From NCBI GenBank assembly GCA_015231465.1, contig JADGBO010000001.1:1552-65551 (forward strand): a stretch of 64,000 nt of DNA, written 5' to 3'. The notes under the pieces are model-generated. The model worked only from the letters and a program-made list of their open reading frames with translations, was not told where the DNA came from and searched no databases. A program made the position numbers and the translations under genes. Source of the stretch: Desulfamplus sp. GTDB lineage: Bacteria; Desulfobacterota; Desulfobacteria; Desulfobacterales; Desulfobacteraceae. Of this stretch, positions 39,213-49,245 are shown piece after piece (the stretch's first letter is position 1; every line of letters starts with the position of its first letter).

Positions 39213-41279
39213 TCACACATGGTCTGTTAAAGCGTAAATTTTTTTTGCTGCATTTGCAAGAATCAGCCTGTCATCAAAGTCTATTTTACCGGTTTTGATA
39301 ACTTGATAGGTCTCATGGCCCTTTCCTGCAGCAACCACAATGTCCCCGATTTGTGATATTTCAACAGCCATCTCAAGGGCCTTTCTTCTGTCTGCTTCAA
39401 CAATAATACGTTCAAGGGGATTTTTTCTGTTCCCTTCGCAAATATTCCGTTCAAGGAAATTTCTTTTATCACCTTCAAGAATGCTCAGTTCAAGGGAATT
39501 TCTTTTATCACCTTCAAGAATACTCAGTTCAAGGGAATTTCTTTTGTGATCGTCATCTATAATTTGTTCTCCGGCTTTTTTTCTGTTCGTTTCACCCTGA
39601 TTTTTTTCAACAGACCCCTCTGCATCGGAGTGGATTTCTGGGGAGGAACCTGTTTTTAATCCCACCATGATATCCTCAATTATTTTATGAGGATCCTCGG
39701 ATCGTGGATTATCCGACGTGACAATGAGTATATTGCTGTATTTTGAGGCAATTTCACCCATGGGAGCACGTTTTGTTATGTCCCTGTCTCCGCCGCATCC
39801 AAAAATTGTTATCAGACGGGCAGGTGCACGCATACTGAGTGTTTTTAGAATGGATTCAAGGGCATCTGGAGTGTGGGCATAATCCACAAAAATGTGACGT
39901 CCACCTCTGTTCTCAACCCGTTCCAGCCTTCCTGGAACTTCCCGGCAAGCCTCAATGCCGTCAACAATTGCCTGGGGTTGTATGCCCAGACCATGGCCGG
40001 CACCTGCTGCGGAGAGGATGTTCTCCAGGTTGAACCCTCCTGTGAGGCGTGATTTTAAGGGAAGAGTGTTGTTGTTTATGTGGAGCATTCCACAGATACC
40101 GGTGATTGTATCCTCTATATGGGATGCGGATATGCGGCCGGCAGGGCATGGATTGTGGCTGCCGGTTACATTGCCGGGGGCATGGTCGGTTGTCCCGTTG
40201 CCCGATATATGAATATCTGTCCCATTACCAAGGACATGATTTTCGTTACCATTGGTATGGCTGTTTTTTGTGGTCTCCATGACGGTTTCGGGGGGAAGGG
40301 CCTGAGCCAGTTTTTTGCCATGGGGATCATCCACATTGATAACCGAAAATTTAGTATCACGCTTATTAAATTTAGTTCCAGATTGATTAAGGAATGAGTC
40401 CGAAATAACTTTCCCGTTCTCCCCCTCTCCAGCCATGGAGAGGGGGCTGGAGGGTGAGGTAAATGGGCAAGTTATTAAAAACCGATTTCTAAATTGGTTA
40501 TTGGATTCATTGAATTTAGTGTCAGGTTCATTGAAGTTGCTGTAATATCCATTGGATGAAGAGTGTCTGCCATTGAGAAGTCGCGTGAATAGTCTTTTTT
40601 TACAGGCAAAGTATGCACCCATGTTTTTATGGTGATCAAGGTGATCCCGGGTCAGGTTGGTAAAGACGGCAATGTTGAAATCACAATCCCTTACACGATG
40701 CAGGTCAATGGCATGGGATGACACCTCCATGATCACATGGGTTACACCGGCATCACTCATCTGTGCCAGTATTCTGTGGAGATCTATGGATTCCGGAGTT
40801 GTTACGGGATTTTCAAAGCTTTGATCCTGGTATCTGTAGTTGATGGTACCGATTACTCCCACGGTGTGACCGGCGGTACGTAAAATGCTCTCCAGAATCC
40901 AGGTTGTGGTGGTCTTGCCATTTGTGCCGGTTATTCCGGCAACTACCATTTTGCTTGAGGGACGGCCGTAAAAATTATGGGCAATTGAAGACATGGCTTT
41001 GCGGGTATCTTTTACTTCCACCATTACTGCATGAGGAATTAGTCTTTCCATTCTTTTTTCTGTGATGACTGCCACAGCTCCGTTGGCCACGGCCTGGTCA
41101 ATGTAGTCATGGCCATCTGACCGAAATCCCTTTATGGCTATGAAAAGACCACCAGGCTTAACATCCTGGGCAGATGAGTGGATTGATGTGATGACTGGAT
41201 CCGAGTGCGGGCTTGATTCAGGATCAATCATCCTTTGCCACAGTGGTGTGCATGCCTTTATCAGATAAGACAATTTCAA
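39213..41279 (-). CDS. murE: UDP-MurNAc-dipeptide--mDAP ligase with large inserts (688 aa)
   Basis: GTNGKTTT, MEVSSH, NLTRDHLD, DYAHTPD, GCGGDRD, DNPR, AGKGHE; TTG start. Confidence 0.95.
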   Translation of the reverse strand: MKLSYLIKACTPLWQRMIDPESSPHSDPVITSIHSSAQDVKPGGLFIAIKGFRSDGHDYIDQAVANGAVAVITEKRMERLIPHAVMVEVKDTRKAMSSIAHNFYGRPSSKMVVAGITGTNGKTTTTWILESILRTAGHTVGVIGTINYRYQDQSFENPVTTPESIDLHRILAQMSDAGVTHVIMEVSSHAIDLHRVRDCDFNIAVFTNLTRDHLDHHKNMGAYFACKKRLFTRLLNGRHSSSNGYYSNFNEPDTKFNESNNQFRNRFLITCPFTSPSSPLSMAGEGENGKVISDSFLNQSGTKFNKRDTKFSVINVDDPHGKKLAQALPPETVMETTKNSHTNGNENHVLGNGTDIHISGNGTTDHAPGNVTGSHNPCPAGRISASHIEDTITGICGMLHINNNTLPLKSRLTGGFNLENILSAAGAGHGLGIQPQAIVDGIEACREVPGRLERVENRGGRHIFVDYAHTPDALESILKTLSMRAPARLITIFGCGGDRDITKRAPMGEIASKYSNILIVTSDNPRSEDPHKIIEDIMVGLKTGSSPEIHSDAEGSVEKNQGETNRKKAGEQIIDDDHKRNSLELSILEGDKRNSLELSILEGDKRNFLERNICEGNRKNPLERIIVEADRRKALEMAVEISQIGDIVVAAGKGHETYQVIKTGKIDFDDRLILANAAKKIYALTDHV
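40388..40492 (-). mobile_element. Family A element inserted in frame in murE
   Basis: 105 bp, reverse complement of 31761..31866; reads as FRNRFLITCPFTSPSSPLSMAGEGENGKVISDSFL. Confidence 0.9.
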
Positions 41280-43009
41280 AGCGGGTATCCTCCATTGTCA
41301 GGGGGTATTTTTAAATAATGAAAGGTTTCACTGAGGATCTCCCTGACCGCTGGTGCCGCCACCACGCCACCATAATGAGACTTTTGGGGCTCATCCACCA
41401 CCACAAGGACGGATAGTTCAGGGGTTTTCATGGGGGCAAAGGCTGCAAAGAGGGCAGTGTATTTTGTTTTGGAATAGCCTCCATCCTTTGAAGCTTTCTG
41501 TGCAGTTCCTGTTTTGCCGCAAACCGAATAACCATTTATATCTGCCTGGGTTGCCGTGCCCCCTTCCTCAACCACGGAGCGCATCATGTCCCTTATCTGA
41601 AGGGCAGTCTTTCCAGAGACTGCCTGCCTGACACTCTCCGGCGTAAAACTCTGCCTGATCTCTCCACTGTTACTGATGATCTCCTTTACAATTTTCGGTC
41701 TCATCAGAATACCGTCGTTGGCAAGGGCACTGATGGCGGTGAGAAGCTGCACCGCTGAGACCGATATCCCCTGACCAAATGATATGGCTGCTGTATCAAT
41801 ATTTGCCCATTGGTCGTAATGGCTTAAAAGACCTGGAGAATCACCTGGACAATCTATATTTGTCATATCTCCAAAACCAAAGGATTTCATTGTATCATAA
41901 AGCATTTTTTTTCCCATGATTTCGGAAAGTTTAATTGCTCCTATGTTACTGGAGTATTTAATTATCTGTTTTAGTGTCAGCCAGTCATACTTATGGGTAT
42001 CCTTTACAGTGGATCTGCCCACACTATATTTTCCGTTTTCGCAGAAAAATATGGACTGAGGGGTTGCAATATTGAGCTCAAGTACAGCAGCCGCAACAAA
42101 TACCTTCATGGTTGATCCCGGTTCAAAGGGATCGGTAACACTCCTGTTTCTCCAGCTCTCCCGTTTGAACTGTGAGAACGAGTTGGGGTTGAACTCCGGA
42201 AAATGTGCAACGGCAAGTATCTCTCCTGTTGATGGTCTCATGACAATGGCCATTCCCGATTCGCCCCTGTTATCCATTACAGCCTTTTCAAGAGCCCTTT
42301 CCGCAATGAACTGAATGGTGGCATCAATTGTAAGCACAAGTGTGTCTCCCCTGAGACGGTCCTGGAGATTTTTATCTTCGGTATAATATCTTCCCACAGC
42401 ATCCTTTTCTATGCTGATCTGCTGACTTTTACCCTTGAGGATGTCGTTATATCCATATTCAATACCTTCAAGCCCGACTCCGTCGGATCCGGTTATACCC
42501 ACAACCTGTGCGGCAAGGGTCTTCTGGGGGTGGAATCGGATCACATCATTCTTAAAGAACAGTCCATCTATATCCAAAACCTTTATCTTTTCAATTTCAG
42601 GGGGTGAAATTTTGCGTTTGATCCACACAAAACCTCTATCACTCTCAAGCTGCTCCTGGAGTTTTTTTGTGTTTAGATTGAGAATCGGGGCGAGTTTCTT
42701 TGCTGTTTTGGGAGCATCCTTGATCTCCCTGGGGTTGGCTGCTATGGAGAAGGAATCTATGGTGGTGCTGAGCCTTTTCATGTTACGATCCACAATGTCT
42801 CCACGTTTGCCTTCCACGGTAATGGAGCGGATATATTCATTCCGGGCCCTTTGCGTGAGATCAGTGGACTTGAAAACCTGGATATCAACGGCTTTCATGG
42901 CAATCAGCAGCATTGCGGCAGCAAAACACCATTGAATAATGGTTATTCTCAGTGTGACGGCCGGGGAAGCTGTCTGGTTGATGACACTGTTTCTGGATTT
43001 AGTTGCCAT
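41276..43009 (-). CDS. ftsI: Division transpeptidase PBP3
   Basis: RGDIVDR, EPGSTMK (SxxK), SSN, GKTGTAQK. Confidence 0.95.
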   Translation of the reverse strand: MATKSRNSVINQTASPAVTLRITIIQWCFAAAMLLIAMKAVDIQVFKSTDLTQRARNEYIRSITVEGKRGDIVDRNMKRLSTTIDSFSIAANPREIKDAPKTAKKLAPILNLNTKKLQEQLESDRGFVWIKRKISPPEIEKIKVLDIDGLFFKNDVIRFHPQKTLAAQVVGITGSDGVGLEGIEYGYNDILKGKSQQISIEKDAVGRYYTEDKNLQDRLRGDTLVLTIDATIQFIAERALEKAVMDNRGESGMAIVMRPSTGEILAVAHFPEFNPNSFSQFKRESWRNRSVTDPFEPGSTMKVFVAAAVLELNIATPQSIFFCENGKYSVGRSTVKDTHKYDWLTLKQIIKYSSNIGAIKLSEIMGKKMLYDTMKSFGFGDMTNIDCPGDSPGLLSHYDQWANIDTAAISFGQGISVSAVQLLTAISALANDGILMRPKIVKEIISNSGEIRQSFTPESVRQAVSGKTALQIRDMMRSVVEEGGTATQADINGYSVCGKTGTAQKASKDGGYSKTKYTALFAAFAPMKTPELSVLVVVDEPQKSHYGGVVAAPAVREILSETFHYLKIPPDNGGYPL

Positions 43010-43021
43010 TGGCTTCTAACC

Positions 43022-43348
43022 TCACATATCCATATAGATGACCTGATCCGGCGTGGGAATTGTCAGATTAAGTCTTGTCCGTGCTATACCGGAAATTCTT
43101 TCGGGAGAAAGAAGTCGTTCATGTTCAATTATCAGGGAATCCTGATACTCCTTGAGGTTTTTTTGTGTCTTTTTTTCACGGGAGATTCTGAATCCTGTCT
43201 CTGTATAGTTTACCCTGCACAGTGTGTATAGAAACAGCTCTGCAAGGAAGATGGCTATAATTATCATCCATTTTCCCATAAGTTTTTTTTTAAGCCGGAT
43301 ATCTTCATCCCGCATTGTACTGTCTTTTCTTTCTGGTGCTTTAGTCAT
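43022..43348 (-). CDS. ftsL: Cell division protein FtsL
   Basis: Single TM helix plus coiled coil, SPERI..IAR..L; lies between rsmH and ftsI; start uncertain. Confidence 0.8.
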   Translation of the reverse strand: MTKAPERKDSTMRDEDIRLKKKLMGKWMIIIAIFLAELFLYTLCRVNYTETGFRISREKKTQKNLKEYQDSLIIEHERLLSPERISGIARTRLNLTIPTPDQVIYMDM

Positions 43349-44306
43349 GGTACCTGTCAAATGATATCTTTTCAGCAACCCTCAGCTTTGCACTTCGTGA
43401 GAGAGGATTTTTTCCAATTTCCTCGGCCGTGGGTGTTATGGGGCCTTTGGTTATTGATTTCAGGGATGGTGTGAATCCACATGTGCATTGGGGAAAATCC
43501 CTGGGGCATGTACACCCCTGGCCCTTTTCCCTGGATCGAATGGCTCTTTTCACAATCCTGTCCTCCAGTGAGTGAAAGGAGATTACACAAATGCGGCCAC
43601 CGATATTCAGGAGTTCCGGTGCATGATCCATAAACATCTCAAGCTTTTCCATTTCACGGTTCACCGCAATTCTGAGGGCCTGGAACACCCTTGTTGCGGG
43701 ATGGATTTTCTGGGTTCTCACCAGTCGGGCCGGCATTACCCCGCTTATGAGCTGGGCAAGTTCTCCTGTGGTTAAAAGGGGAGATTCCTGTCTCTTTTGT
43801 ACAATGGCTCCGGCAATTTTTCTGGAGAGTCTCTCCTCTCCGTACCTGAAAAAGATGTCAGCCAGTTTTTGTTCAGTAAAGGTGTTAAGCATTTCACCTG
43901 CGGTAACCTCAGTCCGTGGATCCATGCGCATATCAAGGAGTTCATTTTTTGTGAAGCTGAAACCCCTTTTGCTCTCCATGAGCTGGTGGAAGGAGAGTCC
44001 CAGATCCACAAAAACGGCATCAACTGCATTTATACCCATCTGCTTTAGAATTCTGGGCAGGTATGCAAAATTGTCATGTACCAGGGTTGTCCGGTTCGCA
44101 AAGGGTTGCAGTACCTCCCGTGCATGGGCAATGGCATCGGGATCCTGATCAATTCCTATAAGTTTCCCTTCAGGAGCAATGGCATCAAGGATGGCCCGTG
44201 CATGGCCGCACCCTCCCAGGGTTCCATCAACACATAAAGCACCAGGTTTCAGGTTCAGGTGAAGGCAGGCCTCCTGCTTCATGACTGTTTCATGGGTAAA
44301 TATCAT
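43341..44306 (-). CDS. rsmH: 16S rRNA m4C1402 methyltransferase
   Basis: DGTLGGCGH, DLGLS, LDMRMD, HPATRVFQALRIAVN, ISFHSLEDRIVK. Confidence 0.97.
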   Translation of the reverse strand: MIFTHETVMKQEACLHLNLKPGALCVDGTLGGCGHARAILDAIAPEGKLIGIDQDPDAIAHAREVLQPFANRTTLVHDNFAYLPRILKQMGINAVDAVFVDLGLSFHQLMESKRGFSFTKNELLDMRMDPRTEVTAGEMLNTFTEQKLADIFFRYGEERLSRKIAGAIVQKRQESPLLTTGELAQLISGVMPARLVRTQKIHPATRVFQALRIAVNREMEKLEMFMDHAPELLNIGGRICVISFHSLEDRIVKRAIRSREKGQGCTCPRDFPQCTCGFTPSLKSITKGPITPTAEEIGKNPLSRSAKLRVAEKISFDRYHD

Positions 44307-44333
44307 TGGTTTGTTGACATTATTGGTTTAAAG

Positions 44334-44774
44334 TTACAATCCAAGAGATGCAATCTCCTCCTTGACTTCCTGTTTGTCAAGTTCAATCTCTATTCTCCTG
44401 TTTTCCTCATCCCATCTGTCTCTGGACCATATTTCAAAATGATCAAGAATTCCCACAAGGACAATGTCCTTGTCCAGGGCAGCATACTCCCGCAGTGTGG
44501 GCGGGATCAGGATGCGATCCTGCTTGTCACACATGCACTCGCAGGCATTTCCAAGAAAAAATCGTTTAAAGTGACGCATGTGCATGTTTTTAGCTGAAAT
44601 AATTTTTTTCTCTATATCTTTCCAGTCATTAAATGTATATCCGTAAAGACAGCCATCCATGTTGGTGATCATCACCCCGTTGCCACCACCTGCCCTGATA
44701 TAATCCCTGAAGCGGGCAGGAACGATGAGACGTCCTTTGGGGTCAATGGTATGAAATGAACTTGATCTGAACAT
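44334..44774 (-). CDS. mraZ: Transcriptional regulator MraZ
   Basis: DPKGRLIVP..FR and DKQDRILIP..LR repeats, FEIW. Confidence 0.96.
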   Translation of the reverse strand: MFRSSSFHTIDPKGRLIVPARFRDYIRAGGGNGVMITNMDGCLYGYTFNDWKDIEKKIISAKNMHMRHFKRFFLGNACECMCDKQDRILIPPTLREYAALDKDIVLVGILDHFEIWSRDRWDEENRRIEIELDKQEVKEEIASLGL

Positions 44775-44862
44775 GGGTTACTAAGGACGCTTCCTTGTAT
44801 AGTTTTCCTCAAAGCCGGCATGATGTCGTTTTTTTTGTAAGGTGCAAACCTGAAATATTATT

Positions 44863-44887
44863 GACTCCTCCACAAAACTCCACTTTG
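44863..44887 (-). promoter_or_regulatory. MraZ-type GTGG direct repeats
   Basis: GTGGAG-TTTT-GTGGAG with a 10-nt period upstream of mraZ; second set GTGGAGAAAAGTGGAG on + at 45110..45125. Confidence 0.6.
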
Positions 44888-45383
44888 CTGAACAATCTTG
44901 CTGAAAAATCGTGTCATGTCAAGTAAAAATATTGTTAGTTTAACAATTTTGCCATTCCCATTTCCAACCCTGAGCAGTGGTGACAATCAGATTGGTAAAA
45001 AATATATTTTTAATAAAAAATACAATATATTATGGCCTTTTTTTCTGTTTTTATGAATATCCGTTCATTACTAATAAAAATCATTTTTAAGCCTTGGTAT
45101 TCAAGGCTCGTGGAGAAAAGTGGAGCGATATGGATGTGCAGGTTCAGGCATTATTGACTCACTGCCTTGTCTCTTGCTTTAATTTGGTCAGGAACATGGA
45201 ATCAGATAGTAATATAATCTTAAAATTAAAGATGTTATAAATGGTGGTGCAGAGTGGATCCATTTTTTTTTACTCTTCCATAACCATGTGAAGGCATAAT
45301 TTTTTAAGCCACATTTTTCTTGACAGATGATTGTGAACGTTGCAGGCTGTTTTTAACTACATTAACCTTTGATATGGTGAAAT

Positions 45384-46505
45384 ATGGATATTAAACAACC
45401 CTTTACTATTCTTGCTGTTGATGATCATCTTATGAATCTCAGGCTCATTGAAAAATCCCTTTCCAAGGAGGGTTACAGAGTGTTGTCAGCTTCCAGCGGT
45501 CCCCAGGGCAGAAAAATTGCCCTGGCACAAAAACCGGATCTGATTCTTCTTGATATTCAGATGCCTGAAGAAGATGGGTTTGCCGTGATCCGTTTTTTAA
45601 AGGACAATCCTTTGACTGCATCCATTCCAGTAATCTTCCTGACGGGAGTCAGTGAAGTCCACTCCAAGCTTAAGGGCTTTGATCTCGGTGCGGTGGACTA
45701 CATTACAAAACCCTTCCACAACCTTGAGGTCATTGCGAGGGTACGTCTTCACCTCAAGCTCTCCATTGCAACCAATTCACTCATTGCAGAGCAGGCCCAT
45801 AAACTAAGTCAGATTGCCGAAGCCCAGGAGTCCATGCTGCCCCTTCCCAACGAGTATCCAGATGCAAAGTTCGGGGTCTACTACCGGGCACTCCATGAAG
45901 CAGGTGGTGATTTTTATGATATTCTTGAAATCTCTGATTTGATTAAAGGTTATTTTGTGGCGGATTTTTCAGGTCATGATATAAAAACCAGCTACATGAC
46001 AGCTTCCGTCAAGGCACTTCTTGCACAGAACTGCAGCCCTGTCTATGCACCTGCCGAAAGCATGAAGATGATCAACGATGTCCTTGTGGAGATTCTGCCC
46101 GATGGAAAGTATCTTACAGCCGTTTATGCAAGATTGAACAGAGGTACATTGAAGCTGACTGTCATAAATGCAGGTCATCCACCTGTGGTGCATGTTCCCA
46201 TGAACGGTGAGCCCTCATTGTTGAGTTCCGATGGCGATGTGCTGGGTATGTTCAAGGATGCTCAATTTGGTATTACGAGGATAGATGTGGCACCCGGGGA
46301 TCGGATTTTCATGTACAGCGATGGTCTTGTGGAGTCTGCGGAAAACAAAATTACCTGGGTTACAGGGGCAGAGCGTTTTCTTTCTGATTTTACTGATGTC
46401 TTTACAATTCCTGTTGAGGACGCTCCTGCTGCACTGATTGAAAATCTATTCTCTTCGGGTAATTTTCCAGAAGATGATATTGTTTTATTATGCGTGGAGG
46501 TGTGA
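45384..46505 (+). CDS. Response regulator with PP2C/SpoIIE phosphatase output
   Basis: Receiver (VDD, LLDIQMP, KPF); GGDFYD, ADFSGH, NAGHPP, YSDGL, DDI. Confidence 0.92.
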   Translation: MDIKQPFTILAVDDHLMNLRLIEKSLSKEGYRVLSASSGPQGRKIALAQKPDLILLDIQMPEEDGFAVIRFLKDNPLTASIPVIFLTGVSEVHSKLKGFDLGAVDYITKPFHNLEVIARVRLHLKLSIATNSLIAEQAHKLSQIAEAQESMLPLPNEYPDAKFGVYYRALHEAGGDFYDILEISDLIKGYFVADFSGHDIKTSYMTASVKALLAQNCSPVYAPAESMKMINDVLVEILPDGKYLTAVYARLNRGTLKLTVINAGHPPVVHVPMNGEPSLLSSDGDVLGMFKDAQFGITRIDVAPGDRIFMYSDGLVESAENKITWVTGAERFLSDFTDVFTIPVEDAPAALIENLFSSGNFPEDDIVLLCVEV

Positions 46506-46948
46506 TGATGTCGAAAACTGACAGGGAGCTTTTTGATATCCATGAGAAAGATGACGGGCTCTCCATTATTTTTGCATCCACCATGGAAAATGTTGATCGT
46601 ACATGTTACGAGGCTGGTCGTTTTCTTAAAAGTGTCGTTGAAGGGATATCCGCCCACCTTTTTTCCATTCAGCTTGTCATGCGGGAAGGTCTTACCAATG
46701 CCGTTCGCCATGGCAATCGCATGGATGCAAAAAAACAGGTTATCTTTTCAATAAAGATAAAACAAGGGGAGTTCATAAGAATGGAGATTGAGGATCAGGG
46801 CCAGGGATTCAACTGGCAGATGGAGCAGCAAAGGGATCTGAATGACGACGATGATCACGGCAGGGGCCTTGTGATCATGAAGCAGTATTTTTCAAGTTAC
46901 GGCTATAATGAACGGGGAAACCTTCTTGTTCTTGAAAAAAGAATATAG
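46505..46948 (+). CDS. RsbW/SpoIIAB-type anti-sigma Ser kinase
   Basis: EGLTNAVRHGN, IEDQGQGF, GRGL, YNERGN. Confidence 0.9.
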   Translation: MMSKTDRELFDIHEKDDGLSIIFASTMENVDRTCYEAGRFLKSVVEGISAHLFSIQLVMREGLTNAVRHGNRMDAKKQVIFSIKIKQGEFIRMEIEDQGQGFNWQMEQQRDLNDDDDHGRGLVIMKQYFSSYGYNERGNLLVLEKRI

Positions 46949-46955
46949 ATTTTCA

Positions 46956-47058
46956 GACATCCTTCACGATTGCTTTACACTTTTGGAAGCCAAATCATGT
47001 TTTCAGAGAGTTGCTTCAAAAAAGTGAAAACTACTTTTTTGAGAATATGAAGGATGCC
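46956..47058. mobile_element. Family F element flanked by family D-like ends
   Basis: G(A)CATCCTTCAC..ATGAAGGATGCC; homologous to 10314..10417. Confidence 0.8.
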
Positions 47059-47110
47059 CCATTTCCAGATAAATAATGATGTGGGGTTATTGTGATTCAA
47101 TTGTGATGGT

Positions 47111-48043
47111 TTAACCGGTATTTTTGTCTGCTGTAAAAGGAACACCACGCCATGTTCTGTTTCTGAAATTAATCTCCGAAGCCTTTTCAAAACTGCTTAG
47201 AGTTCTTTCATCCCCCAGACCGTATTCATTAATTTGGGATAAAACTGTGCTGTCTGAAACCATCTCAAATCCCAAAAGATGACCAATGCGTTTCATGGAT
47301 TTTTGATTCAGCAGATGCCAGTCTTTCTGATCCTCCCAATGGCGGGGGCGGCCGGTTTTTCCATTGTAATTGTGGTAGGCAATGACCGCATTGGGGTTGT
47401 ATATGGTGTAGCCGTAGGTCCACAGACGCAGGGAAAAGGTGATCTCTTCTCCCATGAAATAGATAAATGGATCGTATGGAACTTCCTCAATAACCCCTCC
47501 ATGGGTGAAGAGCATGCCGGCACTGATCAAAAATGTCTGTTCCGGCTCCAAAAGAGTGTCGGGCATGGGCCTCAGGGCTGAATGCTGATGCAGTATTCCA
47601 TGGTCATCAAAATATCTCGGCATTATCTCCACCAGTGCATCCGAACTTAGATCATTGGAAGGGGTTAAAGGCAGGGGATATGTGGAGATTACGGGTTTGG
47701 GGGCATTGCACTTTTTGATAAGAGATATGAGTTTTTGATCCCAGTTATCTGCAAATCGCATGTGGCTGTCCACTTGAAAATAGTATGTCTCCCCCTGCCA
47801 CAAATGCTGGATAAGCCTTCTGGCCCAGCAGGGTCCCCGGCTCTCCCTGGCAGGTATGGAAATTTGCCGCAAATGTTCCTGCCATTGTGGCACATCAATT
47901 AGAGCCGGTTCTCTTCCGGGGATAAATTGACAGCAAATACCAACCCTTAATTGCTCAGGCTGTGCAGCGTTTTCAAAAAGGCTGTTTACAGTGTTGATAC
48001 AGTCATGGTCCCGATATGAAGGGATTGATATGAAGATAGTGAT
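47111..48043 (-). CDS. GT60/Gnt1-like (Skp1-type) GlcNAc transferase; apparent ATC start
   Basis: TIFISIPSYRD..C..T..LF..A..P..LRVGI, GPCWAR, QVDSHMRF..WD, VPYDP..GEE; AAGGAG 6 nt before ATC 48043. Confidence 0.8.
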   Translation of the reverse strand: MTIFISIPSYRDHDCINTVNSLFENAAQPEQLRVGICCQFIPGREPALIDVPQWQEHLRQISIPARESRGPCWARRLIQHLWQGETYYFQVDSHMRFADNWDQKLISLIKKCNAPKPVISTYPLPLTPSNDLSSDALVEIMPRYFDDHGILHQHSALRPMPDTLLEPEQTFLISAGMLFTHGGVIEEVPYDPFIYFMGEEITFSLRLWTYGYTIYNPNAVIAYHNYNGKTGRPRHWEDQKDWHLLNQKSMKRIGHLLGFEMVSDSTVLSQINEYGLGDERTLSSFEKASEINFRNRTWRGVPFTADKNTG

Positions 48044-48239
48044 GGTAAACTCCTTATATATTTTATAACAGCCATGGCGGCAAGAATATCTTTATTGGCC
48101 TTCAGGGAGAGCAATGTTTCCGATGCAGCATCCGGACCGTTGAAATAGAGGGGGGACTGGGGTGAGGTAAATGGGCAAGGTATTAAAAACCGATTCCTAA
48201 AGTGCGGCGAGACCGGTAGGGGCGAATGATTATCTGCAC

Positions 48240-48953
48240 CTACCGTACGAGGTGGCCGAAACGGGAATCAAGAGCCAATTTCACAAGTATGCCTTCTCTC
48301 AATTTTTTTTGCTTGACTATTCTTGCTATTCTGAGAAGGTGAGAACTTATTTTCAGCCCTGATCTCTTTTTTGCATCTAAATTTATCTCAAAACCAGTAC
48401 GATTATCCGGTTTTGGATAAAAATTTATCATCCCCCCTTTTTCTGCAAATCCTGGAAAATCTCCTATTGTTAAAACAGGGAGGTCCCTCACCATGAAAAA
48501 AAGTTTATCAAGCTTGTCTTTCCCCAACTCTCCCACAATGATAATCTGGATGTTCTCTCCGGCACAGGAAATTATATCTTCACAATAGAGAACCCTGAGT
48601 TTCCGTCCCTGAAACCTCCTTTGGGCAAATGCTTCAAAAAGATTTCCGTACCTGTTCCTGCCCGTAACTGCAATGGTAAAGCAGTCCGAACAGGGCAAAC
48701 CTTCTGAACAGGGCAAAACCTCTTGAATAAAGGCATCTTCAGGCCATTCCATGAAATCTGTAAATTTTATTACAAGGGCAGCCTGAATCTCCTCTCTTGA
48801 AGGCTCTCCGGAATGGAGAGAACAGGGAGATATAAAAACGAGATAGAGCAGCAAAGATGCGGCAGAGATCATCTTGAATAACACAGATTTTTCAGAGCAT
48901 TTATAGAGGCGGGCAGAAGATGCTATAACAGATGATCCCGGGCAGATAAACAT
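48240..48953 (-). CDS. YfiR/HmsC-family periplasmic protein
   Basis: IQAALVIKFTDFMEWP, LPVLTIGD..GFAEKGGMINF, FEINL..SGLKISSHLLRIA; start at 48953 or 48872. Confidence 0.85.
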   Translation of the reverse strand: MFICPGSSVIASSARLYKCSEKSVLFKMISAASLLLYLVFISPCSLHSGEPSREEIQAALVIKFTDFMEWPEDAFIQEVLPCSEGLPCSDCFTIAVTGRNRYGNLFEAFAQRRFQGRKLRVLYCEDIISCAGENIQIIIVGELGKDKLDKLFFMVRDLPVLTIGDFPGFAEKGGMINFYPKPDNRTGFEINLDAKKRSGLKISSHLLRIARIVKQKKLREGILVKLALDSRFGHLVR

Positions 48954-48954
48954 A

Positions 48955-49245
48955 TTAAAATTTCCAATGTATGCCGATTGTATAAAGCGGCTCCTCAAGG
49001 GAGACACCCAGTCGATTCAAAGATTGATAATAGTAGCCGGCGGCAGGAACGTCATTGTTGAAAATATTCTTTCCTTTAATTGTGATGCAGCAGTTTTCCG
49101 TCAAATGATATCTCAATGCCGCATTGAACACAAAACGATGACTGTCAAAAATATCCCTTTCTGCCCCAAGAGTTTTTATCCCCGGAGCAGTGTCATCAAT
49201 TTCAGAAGATACCGCAGCATTTTCAATACCGCCATGTGATTCTCG
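48955..49245 (-). pseudogene. C-terminal fragment of a TonB-dependent receptor
   Basis: FVFNAALRYHLTENCCITIKGKNIFN...YTIGIHWKF*; barrel-type terminal Phe; abuts the YfiR gene. Confidence 0.7.
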
